DNA of 64,000 nt from Podarcis gaigeae (lineage: Eukaryota), in the NCBI GenBank assembly GCA_964106915.2, contig OZ066919.1; one strand, 5' to 3'. Positions 37,222-48,950 of the stretch are shown one piece after another. The translations under genes and the position numbers were made by a program. How positions within the stretch are numbered: position 1 is the stretch's first letter; every line of letters begins with the position of its first letter. Under the pieces are notes generated by a model. That model made no database searches, was not told the DNA's origin, and worked only from the letters and a program-made list of their open reading frames with translations.

Positions 37222-38969
37222 TAGTAGTTTTAAGGATTTTTTAAAAAAAACAACCTGCCAAAGGGCAGCAGTCCACTGCATAGGAGTGGGATTTCATATT
37301 ATCAAAACACACAAGTTGATAGAAGCTTCTACTCCAGTGGAAAGTGTAAATATCCCCTTAAGATATGGACAGATCCATGCATTAACAAAATCTGTTGTGG
37401 CTCAAGGGAATGTGAGGTGGTAAATGCAGAGCACAAGGGCAATGCTCTAATGCACGGGTGACCATCAGAGTGATATTCAGATGTTCTGAACTACAACGTC
37501 CACCATTCTTAACCACTGGATGTTCTTGCTCAGAAATGGAATCCACAACATCTGGAGGGCTACCTTGCCCAACCTTTATTGATCTTATGTCAAAAAACTG
37601 TCCTCAGGTATCTCTCATTCAGCTCATCCACCTGTTATGTGGGAGCATTTCTCTTTAGCCTTGAAAAGATGTTTCAAATCAGCTCTAATAGCCTTGATCC
37701 ATTTGTCTTCTCTCCAGCTTTGCTTCTGATTCAGCCATTTCTGTTCTGCCAAATGAATTGCAGAAGATACAAACTACTGAAAAGTCCCTGGATCATGAAA
37801 CCAAACTCCCCGCCAGGACAGATGGTTGCTGAGTCTGTGAGGAAAGCAATCTTGCTTGCACACTTAAGAATCATAATGGCACTTTTAATATTGAGGTATT
37901 CTGATGAAAAAGAAAGGATGACCAAGCTGCAGGGATGGTGTTGGGGGCAGGCGGGGGGGGGGGAGAGAGATTAATGTCACAGGAATGTAATATATTTTAA
38001 ATTATCAACCCTAAATGATTCCCCAATATTTAATGTTGTTCTGCAATGAATAATATTTTATTATTACAGCTGTCAGACCCTAATTAGGACCTGTCAGCTC
38101 TGCTTTACTATGAGAAATGCAAAATGAAGTAATGACTCCAGATATGGAATAATCACCCTCCCTTTGTTAGAAAGGCTCATGTATGCGCTCACACTCTCTC
38201 CACATGTACATGACTTCTAAGCCAACACAGAAAGGCAATTTGGAGATCTGCAATGTTTCAAAGAAGGCCTCATCAAAAGTCATATTTTTCTATTATTATT
38301 TCCACATATACGGTGACATTTATGATAGCATGATTGATGCCGGGCCCAGTTATAACAAAACGTTTATTTTCTCCACTGCTGCAATCCAATTCCATGTCAG
38401 ACCAGATGAGGTCAATAGGCCAAAGTGAAAGAAAACCCCTTCCATGACTGATCCCTCCCCATCCCCATTAAACAATCAAAAGCTCTTCAGGTATTTATTT
38501 CAGGGCTTTTTATCCCCCATGACAAGAGGAGTTCCAGCAGAGCACAATGTCTTCTCTAGCCTGGAAAAATGGAAGGTGTTTAGACCAGGGGAAAAAAGAA
38601 GAAAAGAGATGACAGCATATTAACTAATTGGCACACCCTTTCCAAATTGGCAAAAACCAAACCCTCTCCTCGTGTCATTGAAATATAGATATTTATATTG
38701 TTTCCCAGTTCCATTAGGCATCAAGGATGATCTCACAATGTGTGTAGATTTGCCTAAACTTTATGGGGCTGGGAGGACAATTTGACATGAGTTTCCACTT
38801 TTGGTGGCATCCCCATTGTTGTTTAGTGACAGGAGTGAGCCAGCAGTAAATCACACTGAGCATGTGGAGTTAACTCCTTAATAGCAAAAACAAGATCTGC
38901 ACAGGAATGTCAGGCCTAATGAGCACAGCAACTCATCTCCAGTAGGTCTTGCCCCGATGAAGGAGTTGT

Positions 38970-39426
38970 TGTGACAGAGGTCCCCACTTCCCCACAGCTG
39001 CGTAAGTCCTCTCCTCTCCAGGGCTTTCCCCAAGCAATCTGAGATTTCTTCTATGTGAAGCTTACTTATCCTCCTCCCTTTTCATTCCTCTCCTGGTTCT
39101 TGGAGACCAGGGGGGGAGGGGAGCTCATCGCAGTGAGAGACACCCATGCCTCATCTCTGGTCTCATCTCTGTCTCTTGGCCTCCCTCCTCCCCTGCTTCA
39201 GCTTCTGCCTCTGGGTCTAGACTTCTTTGCCACAGACTCTCCCAGCTCACTAAACCCTGTTACCTCTTCAGCTTCTGACACCTCCTCCTCCCAGTTTTCT
39301 CCCTCTTCTCCTTCTGACCACTCATCGTCATCCCACCATCAATCCCCAGGCTCTGAGCCTTTTTCCCTTGGTGGTTCCCCAGCTGGTTCCTCCCACCATT
39401 CCTGTGCGTCCAGCCAGTTCCTGACA
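38970..39426 (-). mobile_element. Probable solo LTR (TGT...ACA ends)
   Basis: Minus strand starts TGTCAGGAACTGG and ends CTCTGTCACA; sharply purine-rich composition; no clear TSD. Confidence 0.45.
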
Positions 39427-39569
39427 TCTAGTATCTATTTCTGCCCTTAGACCCAAGTTAGACAGCACAACCCATGTGTAAGAATTCTCGGTAATTTATA
39501 TCAATTTATCCAAATTGCCCCAGGTAAACACAGTCGTAACAACTCTACTTAAATAGCATGTCTTATTTT

Positions 39570-40195
39570 GGGTCCGTTCACACTTAATGCTAAGCCATGG
39601 TTTGAATGCAGTCGCTGCCATCCTGGTGTCTTCTGAATGTTTAAAACCATAACATCCAATAAACTTTGCCAGCAAGCTTTGAAAACTGGGAATTATGGTG
39701 AGAGTTGCAGCTGAAAATATGTGGAGGGCACCAGGTTAGCAAAGACTGGCTTAGTGATATGCACTCAAGCTCGAGTGAGGCCAAGGGAAGGCTTGTGGTC
39801 TCCCCGCTCCTCTCCCCTCCCTTCTGTGCAGTCAGGGGAAAGGAATTCTGAAACATTCATTTTCTGTTTCTATGAATGGTGACTTGTTACGTACGAACCA
39901 AAGACAGTGGTTTAAAACAGTCCGGCAAGTTTCAAAATAAGCCAATTTCAAGCCATCATTTATGAAGCTAGTTTGTTTTAACTAACCAGAGTTTGAACTA
40001 ACTAGTGTCTGCAAACCACAACACCCAGTTCATACATAACAAGAAGCAAGGATTCATGGAAGCCATTCCCCAACATCAGACATGTCGTCTTGGGGTGGGG
40101 GTGAGGAGCATACAAGCCCAAGGTTCCATGGGCTCATTCTAGCTTATGCACATAGTGCTAAGCCACAGTTTAGCATTGCATGTGACTCAGTCCTT
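39570..40195. mobile_element. Degenerate non-autonomous DNA transposon
   Basis: Imperfect TIRs ggtccgttcacacttaatgctaagccatggttt / aagccacagtttagcattgcatgtgactcagtcc. Confidence 0.45.
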
Positions 40196-40219
40196 TCTTG
40201 TGTTGTGGTCGTTGTGTGG

Positions 40220-40464
40220 GAAGAAGATTTTGGATTTGATATCCCGCTTTATCACTACCCTAAGGAGTCTCAAAGCGGCTAACAATCTCCTTTCCCTTCC
40301 TCCCCCACAACAAACACTCTGTGAGGTGAGTGGGGCTGAGAGACTTCAGAGAAGTGTGACTGGCCCAAGGTCACCCAGCAGCTGCATGTGGAGGAGCGGG
40401 GAATTAAACCCGGTTCACCAGATTACGAGTCCACCGCTCTTAACCACTACACCACACCGGCTCT
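40220..40464 (-). mobile_element. Squam3-type SINE, full length
   Basis: Minus-strand head AGAGCCGGTGTGGTGTAGTGGTTAAGAGCG (A box), ccgggtttaattccc (B box), core ctgggtgaccttgggccagtcac, (CTT)n tail. Confidence 0.88.
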
Positions 40465-40667
40465 TCAAAGGCTTTCATATGGAAGCTTACATTTCCAGAA
40501 GCTGCATTTTTGTTTTTTGTTTTTAGGAAAAAATACAAACATAAGAAATGCCATCAAAATGAGTAGCAGTTTGAAGGAGGATTGGCAAGTGCTTTGTTTG
40601 CAAGAAAAGGACTGTTTGGGTTAGTGGAAGATACTGAAACAACAAAGCTGCTTGGAACCACACCTAC

Positions 40668-40695
40668 CTGGCAAGAGAGCAGTCAGTCCTTTGAC
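40668..40695 (-). CDS. SRGAP2: SRGAP2 coding microexon 11, 28 nt, phase 1-2
   Basis: (S)QRTDCSLA(R); acceptor ttttctcttaacag|GT, donor CAG|gtaggt; phases fit both neighbours. Confidence 0.95.
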
Positions 40696-43555
40696 CTGTT
40701 AAGAGAAAAACAGCTATGTTTCAAAAAGAGAGAGACTTGTAGCAGACAGGAGGAAGGATGGGTGTGATTTCAACCTTGGTTTGGAGGCAAAAGGGACAGG
40801 GGGGCTTAAATAAATAAAGAAGTGTGACTGAGCATCCCCCCCCCCCACTCTTCGGCTGCTTCTGTTGTTATGGAGATCAAGAGAGCACGTCCCCGCAGGC
40901 AAGGCTCCTCCATGGCTGACCAGGAAATGCACAAAGCAGCTCCAAGCTGCCTGAAGACTCTTTGGAAAGCATTGTTTTCAGAAATTGGTTTTCTAGAGAT
41001 GCAATAATTGTTGACTGCTACTGCCAAAGGAGAGCCACGCCACTTCTCCCTCCGACATCTTCCCAGAAGGAATCAGCAGTGAAGAGAGATTGTGTTTTAT
41101 GAAACCACTTGGAGAGACTGAAAACATTCACAAATTTGCTAGCCCGCAAGCACGAGGTGCCAGCATCCCATCTATTCCAGGAGTCATGGTTTTAAATGAT
41201 ATTTTCTGGAATCATATTTCTATACAAAAAGAAAAAGAAAAAAAGAACCACCAATCTTCCACCAACCTTGTTATGGCTTGGAAGGAAAGGGCCCAAACCA
41301 CTATGCCTAGTGCTGATACAGGCAATATTTAAAAATACTACACTGAGGGTTTAAAAAAAGGAGGACAAATTATTTGGCACATATCAGAGCTCAGACAGTT
41401 TTTAAGTTGCCTTATGCAATGGAATGTTGCTGATTTGCATCAACTAAGGACTTGGCCTCATAGCTCAAGATTAAAAATGAAGTGATGGGAATGAAGCTAA
41501 TTGTTGATCATGGAAAATAAATAACCCATTTTGAACAGTCACTTTCTCCCTCCCAACATAAACCTCAATTACCCAGAATGGTGCATAATTTATAGCAGCA
41601 TTATTCCAAACCAGAGTTTCTTACCATCTGTCCTACTTCCATCACAGAATATTCATATGTATAAATTACACGGCTGTGGCAGCATCAAAGGGCTATAGTA
41701 TTACAGTGACAAATGCAGATGGAAGGCAGGGAAATAATTACTCGCAGATAGAGAGATCTGCTGGTACTTTTTATTAACGGAACTTGTCATCTTCAGATTA
41801 AAATAACTGGCAAATGAAGCCAAACGTCACCTTAAAGGGAAGTGGGGGGTGAGGCAAGACACAAACCCCTATCAAGTTGCTCCAAAGTTAGGCAAGTCAG
41901 GCACACTGTCAAATGACCTTTCTCAGCGCTAAAGTTGTAGAAGGATGATTCTATGATTTCAGCCACCCACTATCTACTGCAATAGCATTTATAAACTGGT
42001 TAGGATTGGGATCTAAAATTGCTTCAGTTTATAGTGTTCTGATTTGAGGTTGCAAGGAAATACATTTTTCTAAGTTCCTTGTTCTGCAATACAATTGCAC
42101 CCATGTTGTTGTTGTTTTAATGGCTCAAACTCAGGGACAAAGACCTTTGCAACCACATTTCAACCCAATCCACAACAGCATTATAGAAGCAAAAGGGGCT
42201 CTCTGACATTAGAAAGCCAAAAAAGAAAGACATTTAGCTTTCTGTCTTTTTCCTCTGCAGGAGTCAGTTTGGCGGGTCAGGCAGGTTAAGAAGAGCCATA
42301 CGCTGGAATGCAGAAGTCAGCTATGACCCAGGAATGTGATTCATCACAGGAGCAGCATGAGCATTATATTCAGACACTCAGAGGGAGAAAATACTCCCAG
42401 GAAATGGCATGCCTTGTTCTACTTTTTTGATAGACAAATAGTTTCTTGTGCCAGAAAACCTGGAAAATGTGTCCATTGCTTCATTTCACTTCCTATGGAT
42501 CAGAGTCGATTTAAAAATAACAAACAGCTTTATCCAACAAATTTGTGGATTCAGAATGCAAAGCACTTTCCAAACTATTCACATTCATGTTCATAGGCAC
42601 ACGTAGATGATTTGAAGAAATAAAAAATGTCATGTCACTGTATTCATTGTACCAATACGATGCTGTACTCAAAGCAGCTAATTCTGGGCCAGAGGCATTC
42701 AGCCATATGGCTCAGAGCAGATTTCGCAAGAATGAAAGGAAGTGTTTGCAAAAAGACTTTTATAACGTATTACAGTTCAGAACAAACCCTCTGATTTAGC
42801 TCCTTTCCCCAAAGACCTGAATCCTGTAAATGGGAAACAGATCAACAAAGACAGCTATAATGAAAGCCGGAGCTGGTCTTTGTTGTGATATGAACAGATA
42901 ATTCTATCAAGTCTAGGATTGCCTTGCCTTGCCCTTCCCCAGAAGCTGGACAGATGGGTTTTTCATGGGCAGTCAGATACATAAACTTCTGGTGGCACCT
43001 TGGTTCAACGTCAGTGTCATAGACAACTAATCATTCCAGCTCCAGCTGCTGGTGGTCCAAGTAGTTTAATGAAGTTACAACAGGCTTTGCACTGGTAGAA
43101 TGGTTACCTCCAGATCTACCTAGGAATACCTCTTTTATCCTGGATTTCTTAAAAGAGTCCACACAGAGATGAAAGGCAAGCAAGTCCATGGGGGGAAAAA
43201 ATTTCCTTAAACGATAAGAATATTTGCATGCTAGGAGAAACAAAGTAATTACTAGGATTACCCCAATTTGATTCTGTGGGATTGTTATAATCGATAGGGA
43301 AAGCGGGGGGGGGGGGGGGAGAGGAAATAGGCATATGCTTCAGTTAAACAAATAGATGATGCACATTATTGGCTCATTAAGCACTTCCCTTTCATCATTA
43401 CTTAAGCAGTGCAGTAGGGATTGAATAATAAATTCATAAAACATGACTTTGTCCACTTAGCATTGATAATCCAAGTCTGTTATGCTCAGTCAGCTGCCTA
43501 ATTCAGTAATTACGAAGGATGGGCTGACACAATGACAAGTGATTCCCAGACTTAC

Positions 43556-43640
43556 TTTCTCCCAGAGTCTTCTGAAGGAGGTCATGTTTTGCCTGAAGCT
43601 TGGTGATGAGGTTCCGCCCTTCCAGATACTCCTTCAACTT
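43556..43640 (-). CDS. SRGAP2: SRGAP2 coding exon 10, 85 nt, phase 0-1
   Basis: KLKEYLEGRNLITKLQAKHDLLQKTLGE(S); acceptor ccaacag|AAG, donor GAAA|gtaagt. Confidence 0.97.
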
Positions 43641-43861
43641 CTGTTGGAGCAAAAAGAAGCCAAGGATCAGCATCTATGTCTAGGACACAGGAGGACTATG
43701 GACCAAGAGACTGGAACGGACCAAGATACCCCCTGTGTGACAAAGAGCATCATGGTTCCCATGCAATAACTAAATAAGAGCTAAATAACCGTGACCCTTC
43801 ACAAAAGCACACACAACCTAACACAGAGCAGCTCAGTAGAATGAAGGAGCTTTCACAAATA

Positions 43862-44087
43862 CAGTGGTACCTCAGGTTACATACGCTTCAGGTTACAGAC
43901 TCCGCTAACCCAGAAATAGTGCTTCAGGCTAAGAACTTTCCTTCAAGATGAGAACAGAAATCGTGCTCCGGTGGTGCGGCGGCAGCAGGAGGCCCCATTA
44001 GCTAAAGTGGTGCTTCAGGTTAAGAACAGTTTCAGGTTAAGAACAGACCTCCAGAACGAATTAAGTACTTAATCCGAGGTACCACTG
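43862..44087. mobile_element. Tc1/mariner (Tigger-like) MITE
   Basis: TA at 43860-43861 and 44088-44089; TIRs cagtggtacctc / gaggtaccactg. Confidence 0.88.
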
Positions 44088-44459
44088 TAATTATCATTGT
44101 GGTTGTGCATCAAATGAAAAGTAGTATCAGCCAACACAAGTATCATTCATAGCTCTGGCCTAACCTCTCTGAATGATACCATAGCCTGTCTCTTTGTCAT
44201 CTTATGGATTTTAAAACAATACCTTTTGGACTAGCAATCAGATTGTACTGCAAATCTGGGGTAGTGCTGGCAGAAGAATCTGTGTGGGGCTCAGCCTACT
44301 GAAGAGAACATTTAAAACAAGCCATTCAAAAAACCCAAGGACTTTATCCATTTCTGGCGCCATATAGAGACATGAGATCTATAGAATTTTTAAGGGTGAA
44401 AGTGGAAGAGCACTCATCCCTACTGCAATTTCCAGAAACTGGCATTCAGAAGCAAACTT

Positions 44460-44697
44460 CCGGTGTGGTGTAGTGGTTAAGAGTGGTAGTCTCATAATCT
44501 GGTGAACCGGGTTCGTGACTTTGAACATCAACTGCTGGGTGACCTTAGGCCAGTCACACTTCTTTGAAGTCTCTCAGCCCCATTCACCTCACAGAGTGTT
44601 TGTTGTGGGGGAGGAAGGGAAAGGAGAATGTTAGCCGCTTTGAGACTCCTTAGGGTAGTGATAAAGCGGGATATCAAATCCAAACTCTTCTTCTTCT
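44460..44697 (+). mobile_element. Squam3-type SINE, near full length
   Basis: ccggtgtggtgtagtggttaagagtgg..gcgggatatcaaatccaaactcttcttcttc; near-identical to the reverse complement of 40220-40464. Confidence 0.88.
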
Positions 44698-45530
44698 ACA
44701 ACTGCAGTGGCACAGAACTGCCATCATGGCTAGCAATCACTGATAGCCTTTAATAGATCCCTTCAGCTTTGCACTACGTACTGAAGTTACAAATATGCTT
44801 GGGACTTAGGGTACCTCATTTGATTGGCTCATGGCCCTCAGCCCTGCTCCCTATGAATATCCTGTCCATTTTGTGGTGGGAAACATAGGAATTCCATGCC
44901 TGGCAGTGGCTGGAATCAAATCCATCTATTGCCTCAGATAGCTCCTCTCCTTAAGTAACACAATACTTTAAAGTGTTTGTCCCCAAGGGACTATATTGTT
45001 CCATGTGCTCCGTTTCCAAGGGTCTTTCCTCATTCTGACTATTTGAAGCCAATTCAGCCTATCCAGGTTAACAGTCTCACGAGAACTTCCCTTGGATGGT
45101 TTGCTACAACATCAGCTAGAGCTCCTTTCCTTGCTTCATCTCTGTGTTTGTTGCTCTCCTTGGGTTAGTCAGGAACCTTAATAAGACATGAGACCCTGTG
45201 TTCTCCCTTAAAGAAACTATAGCCATGGGACTGGTTTGGGTTCCAGCAGATACCAAACTGGTAACCCACCCATTTTCTCTGCCTCTGGAATGCCCCACTG
45301 GCTACGCCAGTGAGAATCCTGCAGTAGTACTTTTGCCTTCCCACACATTTGGCATGCAGGAGAAGCTCTGCCCTGGTGGCAGCTGGCAGGAAGTATGCTT
45401 AGCAGGCAAAAGTGGGCAGGGCAGAGGGACACCTGCACCCAATCCAACATGTACCTCTCACCCTCCAACCCAGTGTGTGTTATATGCTGAATTATTCTGC
45501 AACAGAAACTTGAAAAATTCAAAGGACAAC

Positions 45531-45800
45531 TCTTAGGCCCCTTAAGCAGCACATTATCAGGGAAAGGTCTTTATTTTCAGGGGAAATGTCTAGCTATCAT
45601 TGTGACATTTTCACATTTACTTCTTACTTCATTTTAACTTCAAATGTTTTTATTTCAGTGTCCTAGCTCATTACAGTGTTACGGATTACAACTCTGTGCA
45701 GTTAAAATAAGCAGTGTTAAATTCCCCACTTTAAAGGGCAAAGCTTTCAAAAATCAACGTAATGGGGGGAAAGGGGGAGGAAGGGAGGAAAAATTAATAT
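45531..45800 (+). repeat. Direct repeat copy 1 (partner 48711-48950)
   Basis: Colinear shared blocks: tcttaggc, cagcacattatca, tgtgacattttcacattta, ttttatttcagtgt, agttaaaataagcagtgttaaa, tttaaagggcaaa, gtaatggggg, aaaattaat. Confidence 0.85.
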
Positions 45801-46589
45801 CAAGTATTACCAATGCTGATTTAATAGGGGGGAAAAATCCAGAAAACAGATTGTCCATAAATTCTCAAGAAGCCTTAAAATTAAGAGCATTGTATAGCAC
45901 AAAACTAATACAACTGCAAATAAATTTAGGATTTAAATGAGCAGTCAAACCAACCCACACTCTCCTAAAAAGTGGAGGAACACAATGCCAAAGCACAGTG
46001 TCATTAGAGAAACCTTTCCTTGCAAGCATGTTCACAGTTCAGTGGTTTGCTCCCTGCTGTCAGTCAAGGCCCCATTAAAATAAATAACCACTTGATAATA
46101 AGACATGACAGATTGCCTGCCTGGAGCCAATTTAAACCTGAAGATGAGACTCTGAGCCCTAAACTATTAGATAGCTATATGCAGATTACAAAATAAAATA
46201 AAATAAGGTCCAATATGCAGCCCAATGATTAGAACTAACAGTTCAATCCCATATTAATATTGGCGTTTAGAAAATTATAGTATGCAGCATTTGGACGTAA
46301 TGGCAAACTATGTTTCACCACTCATTAGAAGTGGACTGATCTAATCATTTCCCCTTCTGTGCAGAGGAAAGGAAGAAGGGAACAAGCAAGCCCAAACCTA
46401 CTGCTACATACTCCTGATCCTCCAAACTAGGATTTGGAGATTGGTTAAATGCAGCTACAGGCATGAAACAATGCAGCTGATAGGTTTATTGTTCAATGCA
46501 AAGGCCATGACAAATTTGTATTAAGCAACACATGGAGGCCCACTCTATTTGTTACAAACCTATTATTGTCACTCAAAAGAAACCATGCA

Positions 46590-48420
46590 TGTATGAACAA
46601 AGGTTAACAGATAATGAGTGATGTCTTTCACCTGTGGCTGACCACAAATATGAAGTCTGTCTGCGTATGGGATCTTGTTGTAGCATCCATCTAAGACTTC
46701 AGTGGGCATCACTGAGAAATACAGCTCAATAAAGGCATTTCTTACTGCAGCTGGTGAGAGCTTGGTCAGATAACTAGCTCTAAAAAGCTCTGCTCTCAAG
46801 AGTGGACAACAATGGGGAAATTTGGTGTCTCTAATTAGTTGTAGGTCCCTTTTGGACTCTTTCTAGAAGAGCCAATCCTTTAATAGACACTTAATCAAGG
46901 TCAAAGCAAAGCTCAGTTCTGGAAAATAATAATAGTCTAAACATCTTAACGAGCTGCTTTCCAGAGCTGATTATCATGCAACTCCATATAGCACAGAGCA
47001 GGAAAACACTCAATAGGCATAGTAGCAATTTTTAAAATATACTTTAACTGAGCGCAGTCCGCTCTTGCCTCAAGTGTTGGCCACCTGGACTCTGTACAAA
47101 GTGCTGCTGAAATTCCTGATGGTAAAGAGCATAGCGTCGTGTAACAGAACTTTATCAATGCCCCTATGGTTTTCTGTACTTTGACTTTCACTGCTTCCAT
47201 ATGAAACCTTCCAAGAGAGGGTTTCACTAATGAGTATACCCAGGTGTCTAATAGACTACGTTTGTTCTATAAGCACCATTTATACCTAGGACTGTGTTTG
47301 CCAAAAATCATAATCATTGTCTTAGAGTATTTTATAGACAGACTTTCCTGTTAACAGTATGTGCCAAACACCTCCAAGAGATTTTTGAGCCCAATCTGGA
47401 AGGAGAGAGGAGCGCCAAATCATCTGCATACATCAAAATTGAGATATTTCTGTTCCTAATTATTGGAGGGGAGAGTCTGCATTGGCTAAATATGGCACCA
47501 AATCATTAATTTGGGGTAAGAATGCAACCTTGCATTCCTCGTGATGTTTTAAAAAGCATCAGTCATACCATCATTTAAAAACTACTCTGACCCTCATTTC
47601 TGCATAGTTCTTGGATCAATAGCAGAAATCTGCAGTTGATGTTGGCAATTTGAAATTTCTCCCACACTCTGTATTGATTAACAAAGTCGAATGCAGCAGA
47701 AAGATCAATAAAGGCTACATAAAGATTATTCTTAATGTTCTTAGTATATTTCCTTATAATATGGTTCAGAGTAAAACACTGATCAATGGGACTGTGCCCT
47801 TCTCTGAATCCCACTTGTACTTCATGAATAATGTTGCTACTCTGCAACCAGTCGGATAAATTTTTGAAGGCGATACTGCTCATATAGCTTTGAGGAGTTG
47901 TATAACAAGCTAACTGGCAGATAGTTTTGCAGGTCATTCCTACTGCCTTTCTTATAAACTGGGAAAAGAATACTAATGCCATCCGAGGGCATTTGGCCTA
48001 TGTTGTTTATGGTGGTAAATAAGCCAGCCAGGATAGGCACCCACTATTCTATGTATTCCTTACATAGGAATATAGAGATCCAGGAGCTTTATTTGATTTC
48101 AGAAAGGACATAAGGACCTTTCTCTCATTACGGGAGACTGGTTGCCATTCAGGTAGGTGGATAAATCATTCTATGCTACTGGTATATATGATTGTCCAGG
48201 CAGGAATTGAGGCTTTTGTGATGGTCTCGCTTCATTTAAACCCTGGGCCACCAAGTCCCAGAGTTTGTTTTCCCTCTGTTCCATTTCTGCTAGTCCCAAT
48301 TCCTGCCATGGGGTTATCGAATATCCAGCTTTCTTGTTTTGGAGCAGACTCTTGTATTCCAATTTAGGTCCATGGATTCCTCTGACGGATTCTTATTCAA
48401 ATCTCTAATTGCTTTAGCCA
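46590..48420 (-). mobile_element. Degenerate non-LTR retrotransposon RT, probably RTE-X clade
   Basis: Frameshifted motifs PVYKKGSRNDLQNYLPVSLL, QVGFREGHSPIDQCFTL, LYVAFIDLSAAFD, QGCIL, ISILMYADDLALLS, YLGI, and C-terminal YADRLHICG..DITHYLL. Confidence 0.85.
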
Positions 48421-48497
48421 GAGTTTTCTTACACTTCACATTGACTGTCAACCAGCTATGGCATGTTGGTGGAAAACCAACTTCATGGGCTGAAGGA

Positions 48498-48650
48498 TGT
48501 TGTTGTAGTAGTAGTAGTAGTTGTTGTTGTTGTTTAGTCGTGTCTGACTCTTTGTGACCCCATGGACCAGAGCACGCCAGGCACTCCTATCTTCCACTGC
48601 CTCCCACAGTTTCATCAAATTCATGTTGGTAGTTTCGAGAACACTGTCTA
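48498..48650 (-). mobile_element. BovB LINE 3' end
   Basis: DSVLETTNMNLMKLWEAVEDRSAWRALVHGVTKSQTRL followed by a (CAA)n/(CTA)n tail. Confidence 0.9.
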
Positions 48651-48710
48651 CCTTCACCCAATCCAATATGCACCCTGCCCTCCAACCCTGTGTCTGGTGT
48701 GTGATGGGGT

Positions 48711-48950
48711 CTTAGGCAGTGGAATCAGCACATTATCATAAAAAGTTATTTAAATACCAAAGTGCCTAGCTGTCAATGTGACATTTTCACATTTATTTAT
48801 TACTTCATATTGGCTTCAAATATTTTTATTTCAGTGTAATGCGTACTAACTGTGAAGTTAAAATAAGCAGTGTTAAACTCACCATTTTAAAGGGCAAAAC
48901 TATCACAGTAATGGGGGAAAGGGGTAAGAAGGAAAGAAAAATTAATGATT
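48711..48950 (+). repeat. Direct repeat copy 2 (partner 45531-45800)
   Basis: See copy 1. Confidence 0.85.

Noticed and set aside
39055-39450. 131-aa Ser/Pro-rich ORF
   Set aside because: Product of the pyrimidine-rich strand of the probable solo LTR.
32520-40667. Search for the long proline-rich (PPxxPPKP) alternative exon known from SRGAP1/3 at this position
   Set aside because: No such coding stretch found by eye. The acceptor near 37833 hits an in-frame TAG after about 19 codons, and the Pro-rich ORF 33102..33320 lacks good splice sites.
44460-44530. tRNA-like A/B boxes (also near 20700-20766, 24521-24570 and 40400-40464)
   Set aside because: These are SINE heads continuous with SINE bodies; no complete cloverleaf.
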